Below, piece by piece: positions 1 to 680 of a DNA stretch of 680 nt. Below the pieces are notes generated by a model. The model had not been told where the DNA came from, did not search any database, and was given only the letters and a program-made list of their open reading frames with translations. The first letter of the stretch is position 1, and each line of letters opens with the position of its first letter. The stretch is from Escherichia coli (lineage in GTDB: Bacteria; Pseudomonadota; Gammaproteobacteria; Enterobacterales; Enterobacteriaceae). The position numbers and the translations under genes were made by a program. The stretch is taken from the NCBI RefSeq assembly GCF_003334385.1, contig NZ_QOWN01000151.1, one strand, 5' to 3'.

Positions 1-680
1 CTGAAACGTATTTTGCCTGGTAACGGGCGTCATCAAGTGCATTATGGCGCTCACCTTCGAATGGAATAGCCGTTCTGGCATCGAAGTCTATGGCTTTCCC
101 CAGCTCAACGATTGTGCGTACATCGCGATCGTTGTAGTAACGCCACGGGCAGGGGATCCCCTGCCGTTCGTATGAACGGCGCAAAATCGTGTTGTCGAAG
201 TTGGCTCCATTTCCCCAAACCTGAACAAAAAATTCACCGGAGTTTTCGTCGATAAATTCCCGCAATTGTAACAGTGCATCATCTAACGGGATTTCATCGG
301 TCATAATGGCAGATTGCGCTTCGCGTGATTGCTTAAGCCACCATTTAATGGTGTCCCGATCAATGACTCCGCCAGCAGTTTCCAGATCGATAGTCTTACT
401 AAATTCCGGTCCCATATCTCCGGTTTGCGGATCGAAAAATATTGCACCTATTGAGATGATCGGGGCATCAGGATTTTTTCCCATGGTTTCAAGGTCGATC
501 ATTAGATGGTCACACGTCCTGCTGGTGGATGTGATTTCTTGATGACCGTTCACCTTAATTGAGTGATCTGCCGTCTCGCCAGTTTCATTATCGCTATCGT
601 GATGCTGATTGCCGCCAGTGTTCTCCTTGTGTGGATGTTCAGCGCCTTCCATTTCCTCCGGATCATCTTCCTGAACTTCA
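1..680 (-). CDS. Internal fragment (no start or stop in window) of a DnaQ-like DEDDh 3'-5' exonuclease domain protein, preceded by an acidic His-rich linker; possibly part of a prophage RecE/exodeoxyribonuclease VIII-like multi-domain nuclease
   Basis: Seen in sequence: the minus-strand frame with codons 302-304, 299-301 etc. has no stop codon from 679 to 2 (about 226 codons), against roughly 10 stops expected by chance. Translation contains Exo I LMIDLETMG followed by a hydrophobic strand PIISIGAIFFD, Exo II VWGNGANFDNTIL, and Exo III ERHNALDDARYQAKYV, matching the order and spacing of DEDDh exonucleases. The RecE-like attribution is from recalled domain architectures and is unverified. Confidence 0.85.
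2..508 (-). other. DEDDh 3'-5' exonuclease catalytic domain, truncated at its C-terminal side by the window edge
   Basis: Predicted catalytic residues: Exo I Asp at 494-496 and Glu at 488-490 (IDLET); Exo II Asp at 194-196 (ANFD); Exo III His at 44-46 and Asp at 29-31 (HNALDD). A His in Exo III defines the DEDDh rather than the DEDDy subgroup. Motif I to II spacing is about 100 residues and II to III about 50, typical for the fold. Confidence 0.75.
148..165. repeat. Perfect 18-bp palindrome ggcaggggatcccctgcc, centred on GGATCC/GATC, inside the coding sequence
   Basis: Seen in sequence: positions 148-165 equal their own reverse complement; symmetry breaks at 147/166. It encodes RQGIPCPW in the main minus-strand frame. 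It can be read as a 7-bp GC-rich stem (ggcaggg/ccctgcc) with a gatc loop. Confidence 0.9.
521..679 (-). other. Acidic, His-rich low-complexity segment, probably a disordered inter-domain linker N-terminal to the exonuclease domain
   Basis: Translation EVQEDDPEEMEGAEHPHKENTGGNQHHDSDNETGETADHSIKVNGHQEITSTSRT is dominated by E, D, H, G, T and N, has no hydrophobic core pattern, and is in frame and continuous with the exonuclease domain. Confidence 0.6.

Noticed and set aside
227-232. A6 homopolymer on the plus strand, and the T6 run at 474-479
   Set aside because: Both fall in coding sequence and are explained by Phe-Phe and Lys-Asn codons. They are too short to indicate a phase-variable tract or a terminator, and no adjacent hairpin is present.
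88-282. Minus-strand ORF from the track, 64 aa (MMHCYNCGNLSTKTP…)
   Set aside because: It lies in the +1 frame of the same strand as the motif-bearing exonuclease frame and is wholly contained in it. Its product is Cys/Thr/Arg-rich with no recognisable motif, and it has no evident Shine-Dalgarno context. Most likely a chance overlapping ORF.
302-304. ATG that looks like a possible start codon for the exonuclease
   Set aside because: The frame stays open for 125 more codons upstream, including Exo I, which a functional DEDDh domain requires. The upstream sequence (agcgcaatctgccatt ATG) has no Shine-Dalgarno-like purine run. This is an internal methionine.
473-479. A_AAA_AAT slippery-like heptamer in the coding frame (GGA AAA AAT), a possible -1 frameshift site
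   Set aside because: The -1 frame reaches a stop (TGA, plus-strand 468-470) three codons after the site, and there is no obvious downstream stimulatory structure. Judged a chance homopolymer from encoding Gly-Lys-Asn.
306-542. Plus-strand ORF from the track, 78 aa (MADCASRDCLSHHLMVSRS…)
   Set aside because: It is entirely antisense to the exonuclease-domain coding region, and its Ser/Arg-rich product has no recognisable domain. Antisense ORFs of this length are common opposite genuine genes. A real antisense gene cannot be excluded without expression or conservation data.
1-680. Search for promoters, terminators, RNA genes, CRISPR repeats or mobile-element ends
   Set aside because: The window is entirely inside one continuous CDS. 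No direct repeats with spacers, no tRNA-like structure, and no stem-loop followed by a T-tract were seen. Any promoter-like hexamers would be unsupportable chance matches inside coding DNA.

Overview
The whole 680-bp window lies inside a single protein-coding gene on the minus strand, open at both ends, so the supplied ORF track does not list it. The reading frame with codons at 302-304, 299-301 and so on runs from 679 down to 2 without a stop codon (about 226 codons). Its translation (N to C) is EVQEDDPEEMEGAEHPHKENTGGNQHHDSDNETGETADHSIKVNGHQEITSTSRTCDH-LMIDLETMGKNPDAPIISIGAIFFDPQTGDMGPEFSKTIDLETAGGVIDRDTIKWWLKQSREAQSAIMTDEIPLDDALLQLREFIDENSGEFFVQVWGNGANFDNTILRRSYERQGIPCPWRYYNDRDVRTIVELGKAIDFDARTAIPFEGERHNALDDARYQAKYVS. 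The first ~55 residues are an acidic, His-rich low-complexity linker. The rest has the three motifs of a DnaQ-like DEDDh 3'-5' exonuclease domain in the correct order and spacing: Exo I (IDLET), Exo II (NFD) and Exo III (HNALDD). The gene continues beyond both window edges, so this is an internal piece of a larger multi-domain protein, plausibly a phage or prophage nuclease of the RecE/exodeoxyribonuclease VIII type; that attribution is inference from memory, not a search result. The two ORFs in the track (minus 88..282, plus 306..542) are out-of-frame or antisense overlaps of this gene and are most likely spurious. I see no RNA genes, CRISPR repeats, mobile-element ends or intergenic regulatory DNA. 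I do not see evidence for a novel multi-gene system here; the points worth a second look are a perfect 18-bp palindrome inside the coding sequence, an excess of GATC sites, and the domain architecture.
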